Assembly: GCA_020352495.1 (NCBI GenBank)
Contig: CP070677.1
Location: 1,975,418 to 2,039,417 of the forward strand
Length of the DNA stretch: 64,000 bases
Direction of reading: 5' to 3'
DNA from: Candidatus Latescibacterota bacterium
GTDB lineage: Bacteria > Krumholzibacteriota > Krumholzibacteriia > WVZY01
The position numbers and the translations under genes are program-made. The notes under the pieces were generated by a model, which made no database searches, had not been told where the DNA came from, and was given only the letters and a program-made list of their open reading frames with translations. Shown in pieces: positions 9,301 to 18,700 of the stretch; position 1 is the stretch's first letter; every line of letters begins with the position of its first letter.

Positions 9301-10872
9301 TTTTGCTCGCCGGCGGTCCTCGCCGTGCGGCGAACCGAGGCGACGATTCATTTCGAGGCGCAGCAAGCTTCGGACGCTTATATCGAATACGGGCCGACGC
9401 TCGGATCGATCGACCTTCATTCGACGGGCGTTCAAACGAATGCGACGATCTTCGAGTTTACGATTCCGCAAGATGAGACGGACTATGAGCCAGGCTCCCG
9501 GATCTATTGGCGGCTTCGGAGCAGAGTAACCGGGACCGTTGATTATCACACCGGGATCTCTCATAACTTCGTCCTCGCTCGAGCTTACGACGATTACGAT
9601 CCTTGGACATGGGTCTTTGCCGCCGACTCGAGGAGCTCGAGCGGCGCGACGACCTCCGACGAGTTCAAGGAGGATTTTTGGCCGGCGGTCGGTCCTCCGA
9701 GTTTTCCCGAGGACGAGTTCCTCGTCTTCGGCGGTGATTGGCTCAACAGCGGAACGGGGGATGCTTATTGGCGCGCCGTTCGGAATGCGACGGAAGGGAT
9801 CGGCCGCGAAAGCGAGAAATGTGGCGACCTCCCCGTCTTCCAGGTTATTGGAAATCACGAGGGCGACGCCGCGAGCGCGAACTATACCTCGAGGAAGAAT
9901 CTCTATCCCCTCGGCGTCTTCCTCAACGAGCCGAACTCTCCGAGCCAGACCGACGATACGAGATGGCATGAGCGATACTTCCATTATGTTTGGGGGAATG
10001 CGCTCTTTATTCATCTTCCCGACGACGATGCGATTTACAATTCGGGCGGCTACATTCAATGGTCGGAGCTTCTTACTTGGTTCGAGAATATTTGTTCGGC
10101 GTACAAGCATTATAAATTCAAGTTTCTCGTTACCCATACGTGCGCCGACGAAAGCGATCCAAACCATGGGGATACGATCGCGAACTTTCCGGCGAACCAG
10201 GCGCACATCCGGAACTTTCTCGACGATTACGGCTTTACGGCGCATCTTCACGGGCATTACCATGGTTGGCGCTACCATGAAAACACCGACGGAAGCCGTT
10301 CGCTTTGCGCGAACTTCGGCGCTCCGGTAACGCATACGACCGTCGACGAATGGGTTTCAGGGGATCCCGCCGGGCGTCGTTTTTGGCGCATCCGGATGAA
10401 CCAAGAATGGGATGAGACCGATCAATCCTATGTAACGAATCCCGACGCCGCGACCTTCGAGCTCGTCGATCCGCAGTCGACGGATACCTCGGTTGAGGAG
10501 AGGCATGTTGTCTATGCCTTCGACAATCCGGCGGAGAGCGGGACGACCTCTCAATCGACGACGCAAAGCACCTCGGCGAGTACCTCGCTTTCGACGACGC
10601 AATCGACGACCGCAAGCACCTCGGCAAGTACCTCGGCAAGTACGACCGCGAGTACGTCGCAATCGACAACGCGATCGACTTCGGCCTCGACGACCGCGAG
10701 TACGTCGGCATCCACGTCGAATTCGACGACAAAGCCTCCGCCGATTGGCGCTCTTAACTTCGAACTTCGGGACCTTTCTACGATCCTCGACATTCGCTCG
10801 TCGGACTCTTCCGAGTTGGATATCAAGGATTATTCGTCGAATCTTGATTTAAAGGAAATCTCTTCGCATTAA
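6361..10872 (+). CDS. Giant multidomain protein: Ser/Thr-rich linkers, a propeller-like domain and a purple-acid-phosphatase-like metallophosphoesterase domain
   Basis: The protein is 1503 aa. It has N-terminal 5x approximately 45-aa repeats. There are three low-complexity 'TSQSTTRSTSQSTSQ' linkers. An FN3-like block 'VLAVRRTEATIHFEAQQASDAYIEYGPT' precedes 'VIGNHEGD...HLHGHYHGWRYHE' (the GNHE/GHxH calcineurin-like signature). Confidence 0.8.
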   Translation: MALHDYLLAGDEAKKLYLVSAFTSTLKESQAYSKCKVVSHDGTDTLYSDEGVDKLFLISGTFTTTVKSSYVHTAQDGKARGISWDGTNTVWAGGDNDKFFLQSGEFSSTIKTSFDHSAIQLDVNGVCADELSDTNFAGKATNVWLYLMSGQFSSTINASQDVSSIDSKPLGCGWDGTDTSFTGDTNDKVYQTSGRFSTTMKSSFDFTAISAKLKDLETFDTDARLGEGETTTTSQSTTRSTSQSTSQSTTRSTSQSTSQSTTQSTTASSSQSTITPLPSQTTIQSTSASTSQSTSQSTTRSTSQSTTQSTTRSTSQTTTRSTSQSTSQTTTRSTSQSTSQTTTRSTSQSTSQTTTRSTSQSTTQSTTASTSQSTTRSTSQSTTASTSQSTTYTENPISYEQTWDYDDQNVDYYDDTDPFYETGFSPPPAWSSGQGVFAYGTLNDLVPSVNTTLANSGADCRSYYFVKDFTISSKPDLLKVEINAIRDDAVVIWVNGTEVARINVTNPLSHGMQADGAAGEGTPYSWELTGAELDPFVTGTNRIAAFLVNASAGSSDAGFDLEMFAHYQGVPGTTSQSTSLSTSASTSQSISTSNSTTASTSASTTHTDPPFFCTDRDFSEIENNDINSGTDAMTEASGIEYWPDEDELLAVSDDIPTGMRALDLLVNIKRDISYPAGRDDIEDICYLGGSWFETEGWNFAILEEGDSVLDAAIVLCKIDPGAGSITEYEVHSLPDIPWYSGTYGGEGAEGLAFDPNTGKFYVINQADTQSDVGVWEVDTANGWSVTRLYTWSDTVLVSTVSDPVAFAGAFHGANLAGSVHGSFPRSLFILTRNTTDDRRLVIQLDTDSGETLSTFQHAKTGQVEGMCFDTSRGDMYLCSETASPGPNWWRFSTLGALTSSVSTSLTTSQSTSQSTTRSTSQSTTQSTTRSTSQSTTQSTTRSTSQSTTQSTTASTPVSTSQSTTASSSNSTSQSTTTPPPFCSPAVLAVRRTEATIHFEAQQASDAYIEYGPTLGSIDLHSTGVQTNATIFEFTIPQDETDYEPGSRIYWRLRSRVTGTVDYHTGISHNFVLARAYDDYDPWTWVFAADSRSSSGATTSDEFKEDFWPAVGPPSFPEDEFLVFGGDWLNSGTGDAYWRAVRNATEGIGRESEKCGDLPVFQVIGNHEGDAASANYTSRKNLYPLGVFLNEPNSPSQTDDTRWHERYFHYVWGNALFIHLPDDDAIYNSGGYIQWSELLTWFENICSAYKHYKFKFLVTHTCADESDPNHGDTIANFPANQAHIRNFLDDYGFTAHLHGHYHGWRYHENTDGSRSLCANFGAPVTHTTVDEWVSGDPAGRRFWRIRMNQEWDETDQSYVTNPDAATFELVDPQSTDTSVEERHVVYAFDNPAESGTTSQSTTQSTSASTSLSTTQSTTASTSASTSASTTASTSQSTTRSTSASTTASTSASTSNSTTKPPPIGALNFELRDLSTILDIRSSDSSELDIKDYSSNLDLKEISSH
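6400..7005 (+). repeat. Five coding repeats of about 135 bp
   Basis: 'DK(L/F)(Y/F)L.SG.F(S/T).T.K.S.D.....G..WDGT.T' recurs five times. Confidence 0.6.
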
Positions 10873-10884
10873 AGGAACGAGCCA

Positions 10885-11238
10885 ATGAGTAGGGAGAAAA
10901 CGGATATCCTCAAATTGCATGTCGATCAAATCGAGATGAAGAGGTTCGAAGTTTTTGACTTGAACCTCGTAACCAGCTTCTCTCTATCCTCGGGGACTTG
11001 GGAGCTCAGGGCTCGTCCCGGAGGCTCGGTCGTTTTGTCCGGCTCGGTTACGGTAAACAATTCGGATACCGATCGGGCGGGGAATACGATCAAGACGGTT
11101 TCGATGACGATCGATACTCAAGACACGGATGTCGGAACCGGGCATTATTGGCTTTTGATATACACGGTATTGTCGACGGGACAAACGGACGTTTTCCGTT
11201 ATCCCGTTGAAATGATTGACTTGGTTTCGGAGGTTTAG
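10885..11238 (+). CDS. Hypothetical protein
   Basis: ORF of 117 aa with RBS AAGGAA. Confidence 0.45.
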   Translation: MSREKTDILKLHVDQIEMKRFEVFDLNLVTSFSLSSGTWELRARPGGSVVLSGSVTVNNSDTDRAGNTIKTVSMTIDTQDTDVGTGHYWLLIYTVLSTGQTDVFRYPVEMIDLVSEV

Positions 11239-11241
11239 AAG

Positions 11242-11634
11242 ATGGGAGATTTTGTCCGACCGGAGGAAATGCAGTCGAAGCTTACGGCTCCTGCTCTCAA
11301 AAGTCTCGATACGGGGGATCTCGACGATCTCTATATCTATCCGGCGGAGCGGGTTATCGAGGAGGAGTTTCGGCTTGATCTTGACACCGACGGCTATCCC
11401 GGGCATTTGTCGCTTATGTTTGGTTTGGCGCAAAACGCTCACATGGTTGCGGCCTATCAACAGGATTACAAAAGAGCGGTCTACCTTCTCGTGAATCAAA
11501 TGGGGATGAATCCTCACGGCCATGCAAGCATGAGCGCCGGCGGTTCTTCGGTTGTTTTTGGTGGAAAGATGCCGAGGGCGGTGACTTCTCTTATGAATCG
11601 ATGGGGACGTCCCGGGCGGGTATTTCGAGCGTAA
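11242..11634 (+). CDS. Hypothetical protein
   Basis: ORF of 130 aa with RBS GGAGG. Confidence 0.45.
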   Translation: MGDFVRPEEMQSKLTAPALKSLDTGDLDDLYIYPAERVIEEEFRLDLDTDGYPGHLSLMFGLAQNAHMVAAYQQDYKRAVYLLVNQMGMNPHGHASMSAGGSSVVFGGKMPRAVTSLMNRWGRPGRVFRA

Positions 11635-11637
11635 GCC

Positions 11638-12780
11638 GTGGCAATAAGCATCAAGGAGTCCGAGGTTCAACGACTAATCCGGTTTTACCGGAAGAGTTTG
11701 AAGAAACTCAGCGAGGAGTATGTTTCGGCCTTCGATTTTGAGCGAGTTCGGCTTTTTGCTCAGACGAGAGAAGCTCTCCGCGTCCTCGAGCAACTTGATG
11801 CGAGGACGATGGCATGGGCGAGGCGGAATATCATGCAACTTTATCGGAGAGCTTCGCTCGAGGCGCAACGCCGATGGTTCTTTCGCAAGCGAATGAGTCA
11901 GGAGCGAAGCGCGATCTTTGCTCGAGTTAACGACATGGCTATCCAGGCGCTTTTGAATAATCCGGAGGTTGGATTTCTTACTGGAATGAAAGCGGCGGTT
12001 CAACAGGTCCGCGATCGGATGCGGGTTATTCAGAATCAAGCGAAGGTTCTTCGGCAACATCAAAAGCTTTTCGACGAAACGATTTCGAGAGTCGGGTTCT
12101 TTCAAGGGAAGAACCTAAACGAGATCCGCGACCATTTAGTCCGGGACATGGTAAGCCTTAAGCGTCAATCCGATTTAGTTTGGACGCGGAATGCTTTGGC
12201 GCTTCCTCAAGACAATATCATCCAGAACGTTGCGAACTTGCCTTACGTGAAGTATCGAGATGCGAATGCCTTGACGGGAGTTCGGAACGTTCGAATCGAC
12301 AAGTATGCCGAAATGCTTGCGAGGACAAAGGGCGGGCAAGCGACGAACTTAGCTCGTCGCAATCGGGCGCTTTTGCATGGCGTTAAACTCATGCAATTCT
12401 CGAAAAACAAGCCGCTCCAAGATGATGCTTGCTTTGTTTATATTGGGAGGGCTTTTGCCTTAACTCCCGAAGCAAAGGAGGAGTACGGTGTTCCGCTCCT
12501 CGCCGAGCTTCCGAATGGCGGCTGTCCGGTTCATCCGAATTGCACGCATAATGAGATTCCATTCAATCTCGAATGGAAGCGTCCGGAGGAAATCGCTCTC
12601 GCTTTTATCCCTCCTCCGGCTTGGGCTCTCAATACGACCTTTAGTCGAGTCCAAAAAGAGTACAAGAAGCGAGGCGGGCCGGCGGTTGTTGCGAAGCTCA
12701 ATCAGGCGGCCGCGAAATTCGGCCATACGACCGGAGGGCGCGAGCGGCTTCGAAGAGAGGAAAGGCGGAAACCGAGATGA
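11638..12780 (+). CDS. Phage head morphogenesis protein (Mu gpF / SPP1 gp7-like)
   Basis: GTG start. The C-terminal 'GGCPVHPNCTHNE' matches the HxxC(R/T)C signature of the Phage_Mu_F domain. It sits at the start of the structural module. Confidence 0.5.
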   Translation: MAISIKESEVQRLIRFYRKSLKKLSEEYVSAFDFERVRLFAQTREALRVLEQLDARTMAWARRNIMQLYRRASLEAQRRWFFRKRMSQERSAIFARVNDMAIQALLNNPEVGFLTGMKAAVQQVRDRMRVIQNQAKVLRQHQKLFDETISRVGFFQGKNLNEIRDHLVRDMVSLKRQSDLVWTRNALALPQDNIIQNVANLPYVKYRDANALTGVRNVRIDKYAEMLARTKGGQATNLARRNRALLHGVKLMQFSKNKPLQDDACFVYIGRAFALTPEAKEEYGVPLLAELPNGGCPVHPNCTHNEIPFNLEWKRPEEIALAFIPPPAWALNTTFSRVQKEYKKRGGPAVVAKLNQAAAKFGHTTGGRERLRREERRKPR

Positions 12781-13118
12781 TTCATTTCGCTATCAACGCA
12801 AAGATTCTAACCGTCGAGCGCGCCGGGAAGCTTGATCGATACGGCGATCCGATCTTCGAGGTCGTTGCGATAAACGTTGATTGTAACCTGAAGCAATCGA
12901 CGAGGCGCGTTCTCAATCAAGACGGCGTAACGGCGTCAATCGATGGAACTTTGAAGTGTTACGAGCGTTTCGAGGAGGGGGACGTTTTTACGATCGAGGC
13001 TCGTCTTCCGTCGAGATGGAAGGTCTACAGCGTAACCGAGGCTCAAGATCCGGCGACCGGCGGAGCCCTTTTTTGGTCTTACATGTTGGTCAAGCAACGA
13101 GGGGAGGATGCGGTCTAA
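12777..13118 (+). CDS. Hypothetical structural protein
   Basis: ATGA overlap with the upstream gene. Confidence 0.45.
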   Translation: MIHFAINAKILTVERAGKLDRYGDPIFEVVAINVDCNLKQSTRRVLNQDGVTASIDGTLKCYERFEEGDVFTIEARLPSRWKVYSVTEAQDPATGGALFWSYMLVKQRGEDAV

Positions 13119-13672
13119 TGGCCGAGGTCGATACGTCCAAATTTTCGAAGCGCCTCTCGAAGCTTGCGAAGAAATTGACCGATAAGACAGGCGTTCTCGA
13201 CGACATGGAATTCCTCGCCGACGAGCTCCTCGCTCGAGCCGAGAACTCGCCAGTTCCCTCGGATACCCGAGAGCTTGCCCGATCGGCGGCGACCGTCCGA
13301 AATGACGACCGAAAAGAGGTCGTTTTCGGCTTCAATAAGGTTTACGCCGCATTTCAAGATCAACCGGAAAAGAAGTCGGGGACGATCGTCATCAAGCCTC
13401 GCCGGAAGAAGATTCTCTATATTCCGCTCACGAGCAAGGGTCGCCGTTACCACATGTACGGGCGGGATCCAAACCTCGAGGGGCTCGTCTATGGGCGGGA
13501 TTATATCTTGCTCAAGGAGGTGAGGATTCCGATCAAGGCGTATGGGAGCGAGCTCGGGCCGAACCATTATTTTTCGGAGACAATCAAGCGAAACATAAAC
13601 TTTGTCTTTGAGACTTTAGCGAAGATGATCGGGCGTCGCTTGAAAGCTCAGGAGGGAGGCGGGAATGCTTAA
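13118..13672 (+). CDS. Hypothetical structural protein
   Basis: TAATG overlap with the upstream gene. The ORF is 184 aa. Confidence 0.45.
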   Translation: MAEVDTSKFSKRLSKLAKKLTDKTGVLDDMEFLADELLARAENSPVPSDTRELARSAATVRNDDRKEVVFGFNKVYAAFQDQPEKKSGTIVIKPRRKKILYIPLTSKGRRYHMYGRDPNLEGLVYGRDYILLKEVRIPIKAYGSELGPNHYFSETIKRNINFVFETLAKMIGRRLKAQEGGGNA

Positions 13673-14102
13673 ACTCGAGGGGTTTACCGAGCAATTTCAG
13701 GATTATATCGTCGCAAACACTGATTTTACGCCGACTTTGGTTGTCGGGACGAACTTCATCATCGGGAATATTCTTGATGTTCAAGACCTCGAGCAGAGGT
13801 TAACTTCAAAAATCCTCTGTACTCTATTCGACGAGGGAGGTAATCTAATAGGAAGCGGGCGACGGACTCGCCAAGAGAGATCTTTTCGCTTTGTTTTCAA
13901 AGGAGATTACGCCGCGGAGGCGGTCAACCACGGTTTTCGACTCCTCGCATGGCTTCAAAACCATCGGGTCTTTCGGACCTCGGAGTTTCAAGCATGGTGG
14001 GCGCGGGCCGATAAACTCCCGAGCGTAATCGTTCGCGGAAAGGGGGGAGCAACTCTTGCCGATTTCGTTGTCTCCTTAAACGTTTGGTTTCGGACGGAAT
14101 GA
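13665..14102 (+). CDS. Hypothetical structural protein
   Basis: RBS GGAGGGAGG. The ORF is 145 aa. Confidence 0.45.
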   Translation: MLKLEGFTEQFQDYIVANTDFTPTLVVGTNFIIGNILDVQDLEQRLTSKILCTLFDEGGNLIGSGRRTRQERSFRFVFKGDYAAEAVNHGFRLLAWLQNHRVFRTSEFQAWWARADKLPSVIVRGKGGATLADFVVSLNVWFRTE

Positions 14103-14121
14103 GTCTGCCCAATAAGAAGGA

Positions 14122-14916
14122 GTGAAGAGAATGACTCAAGCGATTCTCAACTCCAGCGACAATATCAATCAACCCCATAATGTATCGCTTTGGTTTCAAC
14201 AGGATTGGACGGGCGAATATTACGATCTTGGGGACTTGTTGGTCGATGGAGTCTCTCTCTCCCCGGAATTCTCGGAGTTCTATTCGTACCGCAACGGCAT
14301 CCGGGCGCTTCGTAAGCGATTCCTTACGAACCGCGCGGCGACCGTTTCGGCGACGCTCAACGAGCCAAATATCCGGAATCTCCAGCGCGTTCTCTTCGGA
14401 GGCGCGGTCTCGAGCGGCCAATCGGCGACGGCGCTCGAGGGGAAGCATCTGGAGATCCAAGGAAGCGCCGGCTCGTTGTATATCGATCTCACCGACGCCG
14501 GGGAATCCGATTTTTCGAACATTGTGATAAAGGGTCTTTATGACCCGACCGATGTTCTCGAAGCTACGAACTTGACCGCGGTCGACTTGTATCCCGATAC
14601 GGATGGTCAGGTCGTCATCGACGATACCGATGTCGCCTTGGCTTCCGGGGCTACGATCTTCGTTCGTTACGAAGTGAGCGTCTCGAGCCTTTACTCGAGT
14701 CAAATCTTCGGAGCGACGGAGACAACGATCGAGGGCGCGGCGAAGCTTCAGGCGCGGAACTTGCAGGGAGGCGTATTCCAGCTTTGGGATTTGGCTTCCG
14801 TCAATCTCGCGCCGAACGGAGATCTGATCTATCCGATCGATGCGGTTCAAACCGTTCCCGTCGTTCTTACGTTGCAAGAACGCGCGGGGAGCTTCGGGAC
14901 GGTTTACACGAAGTAA
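14122..14916 (+). CDS. Putative major tail (tube) protein
   Basis: The ORF is 264 aa with RBS AAGGAG. It lies immediately upstream of the chaperone-like gene and the tape measure gene (conserved tail-module order). The position is inferred. Confidence 0.4.
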   Translation: MKRMTQAILNSSDNINQPHNVSLWFQQDWTGEYYDLGDLLVDGVSLSPEFSEFYSYRNGIRALRKRFLTNRAATVSATLNEPNIRNLQRVLFGGAVSSGQSATALEGKHLEIQGSAGSLYIDLTDAGESDFSNIVIKGLYDPTDVLEATNLTAVDLYPDTDGQVVIDDTDVALASGATIFVRYEVSVSSLYSSQIFGATETTIEGAAKLQARNLQGGVFQLWDLASVNLAPNGDLIYPIDAVQTVPVVLTLQERAGSFGTVYTK

Positions 14917-14966
14917 CGCGGGAGGAGTTTGCTCGCTCCTCCTTGGCGTTTAGTTGAGGAGGCTTT

Positions 14967-15404
14967 ATGTCGAAGATGGTCCGCCATGCGGAGTACGAGC
15001 TAACCGGGGATGGCGATTCGAAAACGACCGTCCGCATCAAGAAATGGTCGGTGGCGAAGTTCTTCCTGGTTTTTAAGACTCTTGGCGCGGTCTTGGAGGA
15101 GGCGCTAAAGGGGGCCGGTTCTATAAGCGAAGTTGAGCTCGTTTCGAAGGTCATTTCGACCTTGATCGATTCGGAGCAAGAGGCGATCAAGATTATTCAG
15201 TTGTCGGTCGAGTCTCCGGAGTTGACTCCGGAAGCGATCGGCGAATGGTATCCCGAGGATTTTCTCGCGGTCTTGAATGCTATCGCTGAACTCAACGTTA
15301 CCGAGGATTTTCTAAAAAACTTCCGAAGGCTCTTCGCGACCGTTATGGCTCAGAAGGATGCGGTCAAGGAGGGCGGGAAGAAGTCGGAACCGACCGAACA
15401 ATAA
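14967..15404 (+). CDS. Putative tail assembly chaperone
   Basis: An acidic 145-aa protein between the major tail protein and the tape measure protein. A noncoding gap of about 380 nt follows, where a frameshift extension could be expected. Confidence 0.4.
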   Translation: MSKMVRHAEYELTGDGDSKTTVRIKKWSVAKFFLVFKTLGAVLEEALKGAGSISEVELVSKVISTLIDSEQEAIKIIQLSVESPELTPEAIGEWYPEDFLAVLNAIAELNVTEDFLKNFRRLFATVMAQKDAVKEGGKKSEPTEQ

Positions 15405-15786
15405 CGGAGCGATTTTCAAGTCTCGAAGAGACATGTTTTTCGATTTGCACTTGGCTCGTAAGTCAGGGATATTCTTGGGCGGAGCTAACGGATTATGAGA
15501 ACGGCGTTAGCCTGGCCGAGCTCCTTACGCTAAACGTCGAGGCGGGGCGGCTTGCTCTCGTGCGGGAGAAGCGCGAGGTGAATAATATGGTCCTCGCCTT
15601 AACGAGCCTTTTCGATTCGAAGGTCCTTACGGAGTGGAATTCTTCGGTTGATCGAGATCTTTCCGACACGAAGATCGATGATCTCGCGGAGCCTTCCTCT
15701 CCGAGAAGGGCTCGTCCCTCTCCCTCCCGAGTTAAAAAGACCATCTCGGAGCTTAACAAGCTCAACGTTTTACTGAGGTCCGGGTA

Positions 15787-18700
15787 ATGGCTGGGACGTT
15801 CGAAGTTGGCTCAATCCTTGCAAGGCTCAAGCTTGATGACTCCGCATGGGTCCGAGGCATCGGAGAAGCAATCGACGATGCAAAGGTCGCCGGGCGGAAG
15901 ATCAAGGAGTTTCTCAAAAAGGGCGAGAAGCTCGTTCTCGATAATCGGGGATTCAAGACGAGCCTTGGCGCGGCGCGGACGCTCGTCAACGTTTTCGTAA
16001 AGGGCGCGAAAGCGGCTTTCGCTACGGTGGGGCCGGCTCTCAAAAAGTCCGTTCAAGTCCCGCTCGCCGCAATCAGGGCGACTCTCAAGGCGCTTACCTT
16101 CGGAGCTCGGTCGGCCGGCCGGGCGTTGAAAGCAGCTTTCCGCGGCGTTGGAAATGTCCTCAGACGTCTTCGCCGGTTCGCGATGTCTTTCCAAGGGGCG
16201 CTCGCCGGGATTGGGCTTGCCTTCTCCGGCTTTTCCTTGATCCAACGAGCGCGAGATGTCGAGGTCCTCGAGCGGGCCTTCCAGAATCTCGCGGCGTCCG
16301 TTGGGGGCGTTGCCGACTCTTTCCTCGGCAAGCTCCGGAATGCGGTCCGGGGGACGGTTTCCGACCTCGACCTCATGCGGACGACGAATAACGCGGTCCT
16401 TCTCGGTGTTGTCAAATCCGAGGACGAATTCTCCGAGCTCGCGGCGATTGCTCGACGCCTTGGGCAAGCCGTTGGACGAGATACCGTCGATGCTATCAAC
16501 GATCTAAGTATAGGCATTGGAAGGCAGTCTCGGTTAATCTTGGACAACTTGGGTCTCATAGTCAAGATTTCTGAGGCAACGGAGACATACGCTACGCAAC
16601 TCGGGAAGAACGTCAACAACTTGACGGACGCCGAACGGCGTCAGGCATTCTTCAATGCGGCGATGGAAGCCGGGCGGAAAAAGGTCAAAGAACTCGGCCC
16701 GGACGTTCGTTCGATTACCGATTCTTGGGGATACTTTACTGCTCAAATCTCAAATACGATCAATACGTTTGCTCGGGCGTTCGTCGGCGGCGGAATATTC
16801 GAATCGATCGCGACGTTTCTCGATCGCAATTCGAAGAAGATTTCTGCGTTCGCGAACTTTGTCTCGAGGGTCTTCTCGAGCGTTATCAAGGAATTGACGG
16901 GGATCTTTGCCGGCCTTACCAAAGCGACCGGGATTGAGGAGTTCCTCGCCGAAGCAACGCGACTCGTCGTTGATGGCATTACGTTTATGCTCGACAACGC
17001 GGCGAAGCTTCTCTTGATTGGGATCCGGACGATCTTTTCGAACTTCTCCGTCGTTGCTCTCAAGCTCGTTCTCGCCGTTCTCGCTCAGATCGGTGTTTCG
17101 ATAATCGGGAAGATCCGCGAGATCATAAATAGCGCGGTCAAGTTCGTTCTCGATCAATTGATTATCGTTGGGTCGAAGATTCCGCTTCTCAACAAAATTC
17201 TGGGAATCGACGATCCGAAGAAAGTTCGGACTGCGCTCGAGGCGAATCGGCAAGTCGCCGAAGAGGAGATGAAGCGAATCGCGGCTTTCATTAAAAGCCA
17301 AAACGAAGAGATCGAGGCGATCGTTTCGGATACCATCGTTGAGGTCGGCGTCGAGCTAAAGGCGGTCGCCGAGGATCTTGCAGAGGTATGGTCGAAGCCG
17401 ACGATGACTTCTTCGCAAAACAAATTCGTAAAGGCCGTCGAAGGATCTCTCGAGCGAATCGGCGAGGCGTTCAAGCGGATGAAGCTCGATATCGCCGATC
17501 CTTTCGCGGACTTCACAACGCTTCGCGTTCAGCGGGAACTTATCAAGGTTGGGAACGCATTCACGAAGATCGTCCAACTTCGCCAGAAGGTTATCGCAAT
17601 TGCGCCGGAGCTTATCTCGGAAGACGATCTCGCCGAAAGCGGCGCGCGACTCAAGAAATTTGAGGGCTTGATCGGAAGTCTCTCCGAGGCGTTTACGAAG
17701 CTCAAGAGCGCGCCTGACGAGGTTCAGGACGAGCTTAAGGATAGCTTCCTCGAGATTTTTGCCAAGGTTCAGGAGGCGCTACAAGAGAACTCCCGCGAGG
17801 TCGAGAGGTTCGCGGCAACCGTTACGGGGCGCATGGAAGATATCGGCGATATTGAGAAGCCGGAGAAATCAATCGTCGGTATTGGAGACGCGATCTTACA
17901 TGCCGCCGAGCAAATCACCGGGGCGAATCCGAAAATCGCGGAGTTGACGAAGCGCCTCGAGGAAGTCCGCGAGGTTTCGAGGTCGTTGCCGAAGGTCGGC
18001 GATCTAATCAATGAAGCCCTCCGGCCGACGTTCTTCCCGCTCGAGGAGTTCAACAAGCTTATCTCTCCGTTCGTCGTTGGCGGTGAACGGTTCAAGGCAA
18101 TTCGGCTCGAGGTCGAGACCGCCGGCCTTACCGAAGCAGAGAAGGAGCTCGTTAAGTTCGACGACATCTTCCGGTCGATTCTCGATCAATTGAGCCCGGA
18201 GGCTCGAAAGAAGCTCGAGGAGACGCGGGCCGCTCTTGCGAAGATGCTCGATCAGCGCGAGGGCGCGAAGCGGATGGAAGAGGCTGAGAAAGCGCTCAAG
18301 CAATTCGACCAACAGCTCGAGCAAGTTCAAGATAATGTCAACCAAGAGCGCCTCGGCGACCTTGCGGTTCAGTTAGATGTCCTCGGGCGATCTCTCCGAG
18401 AGGCGCTTATTTCGGTTCCGGTTGAACGGGCTGATGAGGTCCGCAACAAGTTCCGTCAAATGGCGGGAGCGCTTGGCGAGGCGGAGCTCGTTCGGTTTAC
18501 GAGTCGGCTTTTAGACCTCGAGCAGGGGCTCGAGGATGTTGGTAAGACCGACCTCGAAGTAAAGCTCCAGGGGCTTGCGCGCGAGTTCGATACATTCCGG
18601 ATTGCGATTGAGAGGGCTTCGGGGCTCGAGCTCCCGGAAGCTTCGAGGCTTCTTAAGGAGTTCGGCCGAAACGTTGTTGACTTTCAGGCGCTCCTCGTAA

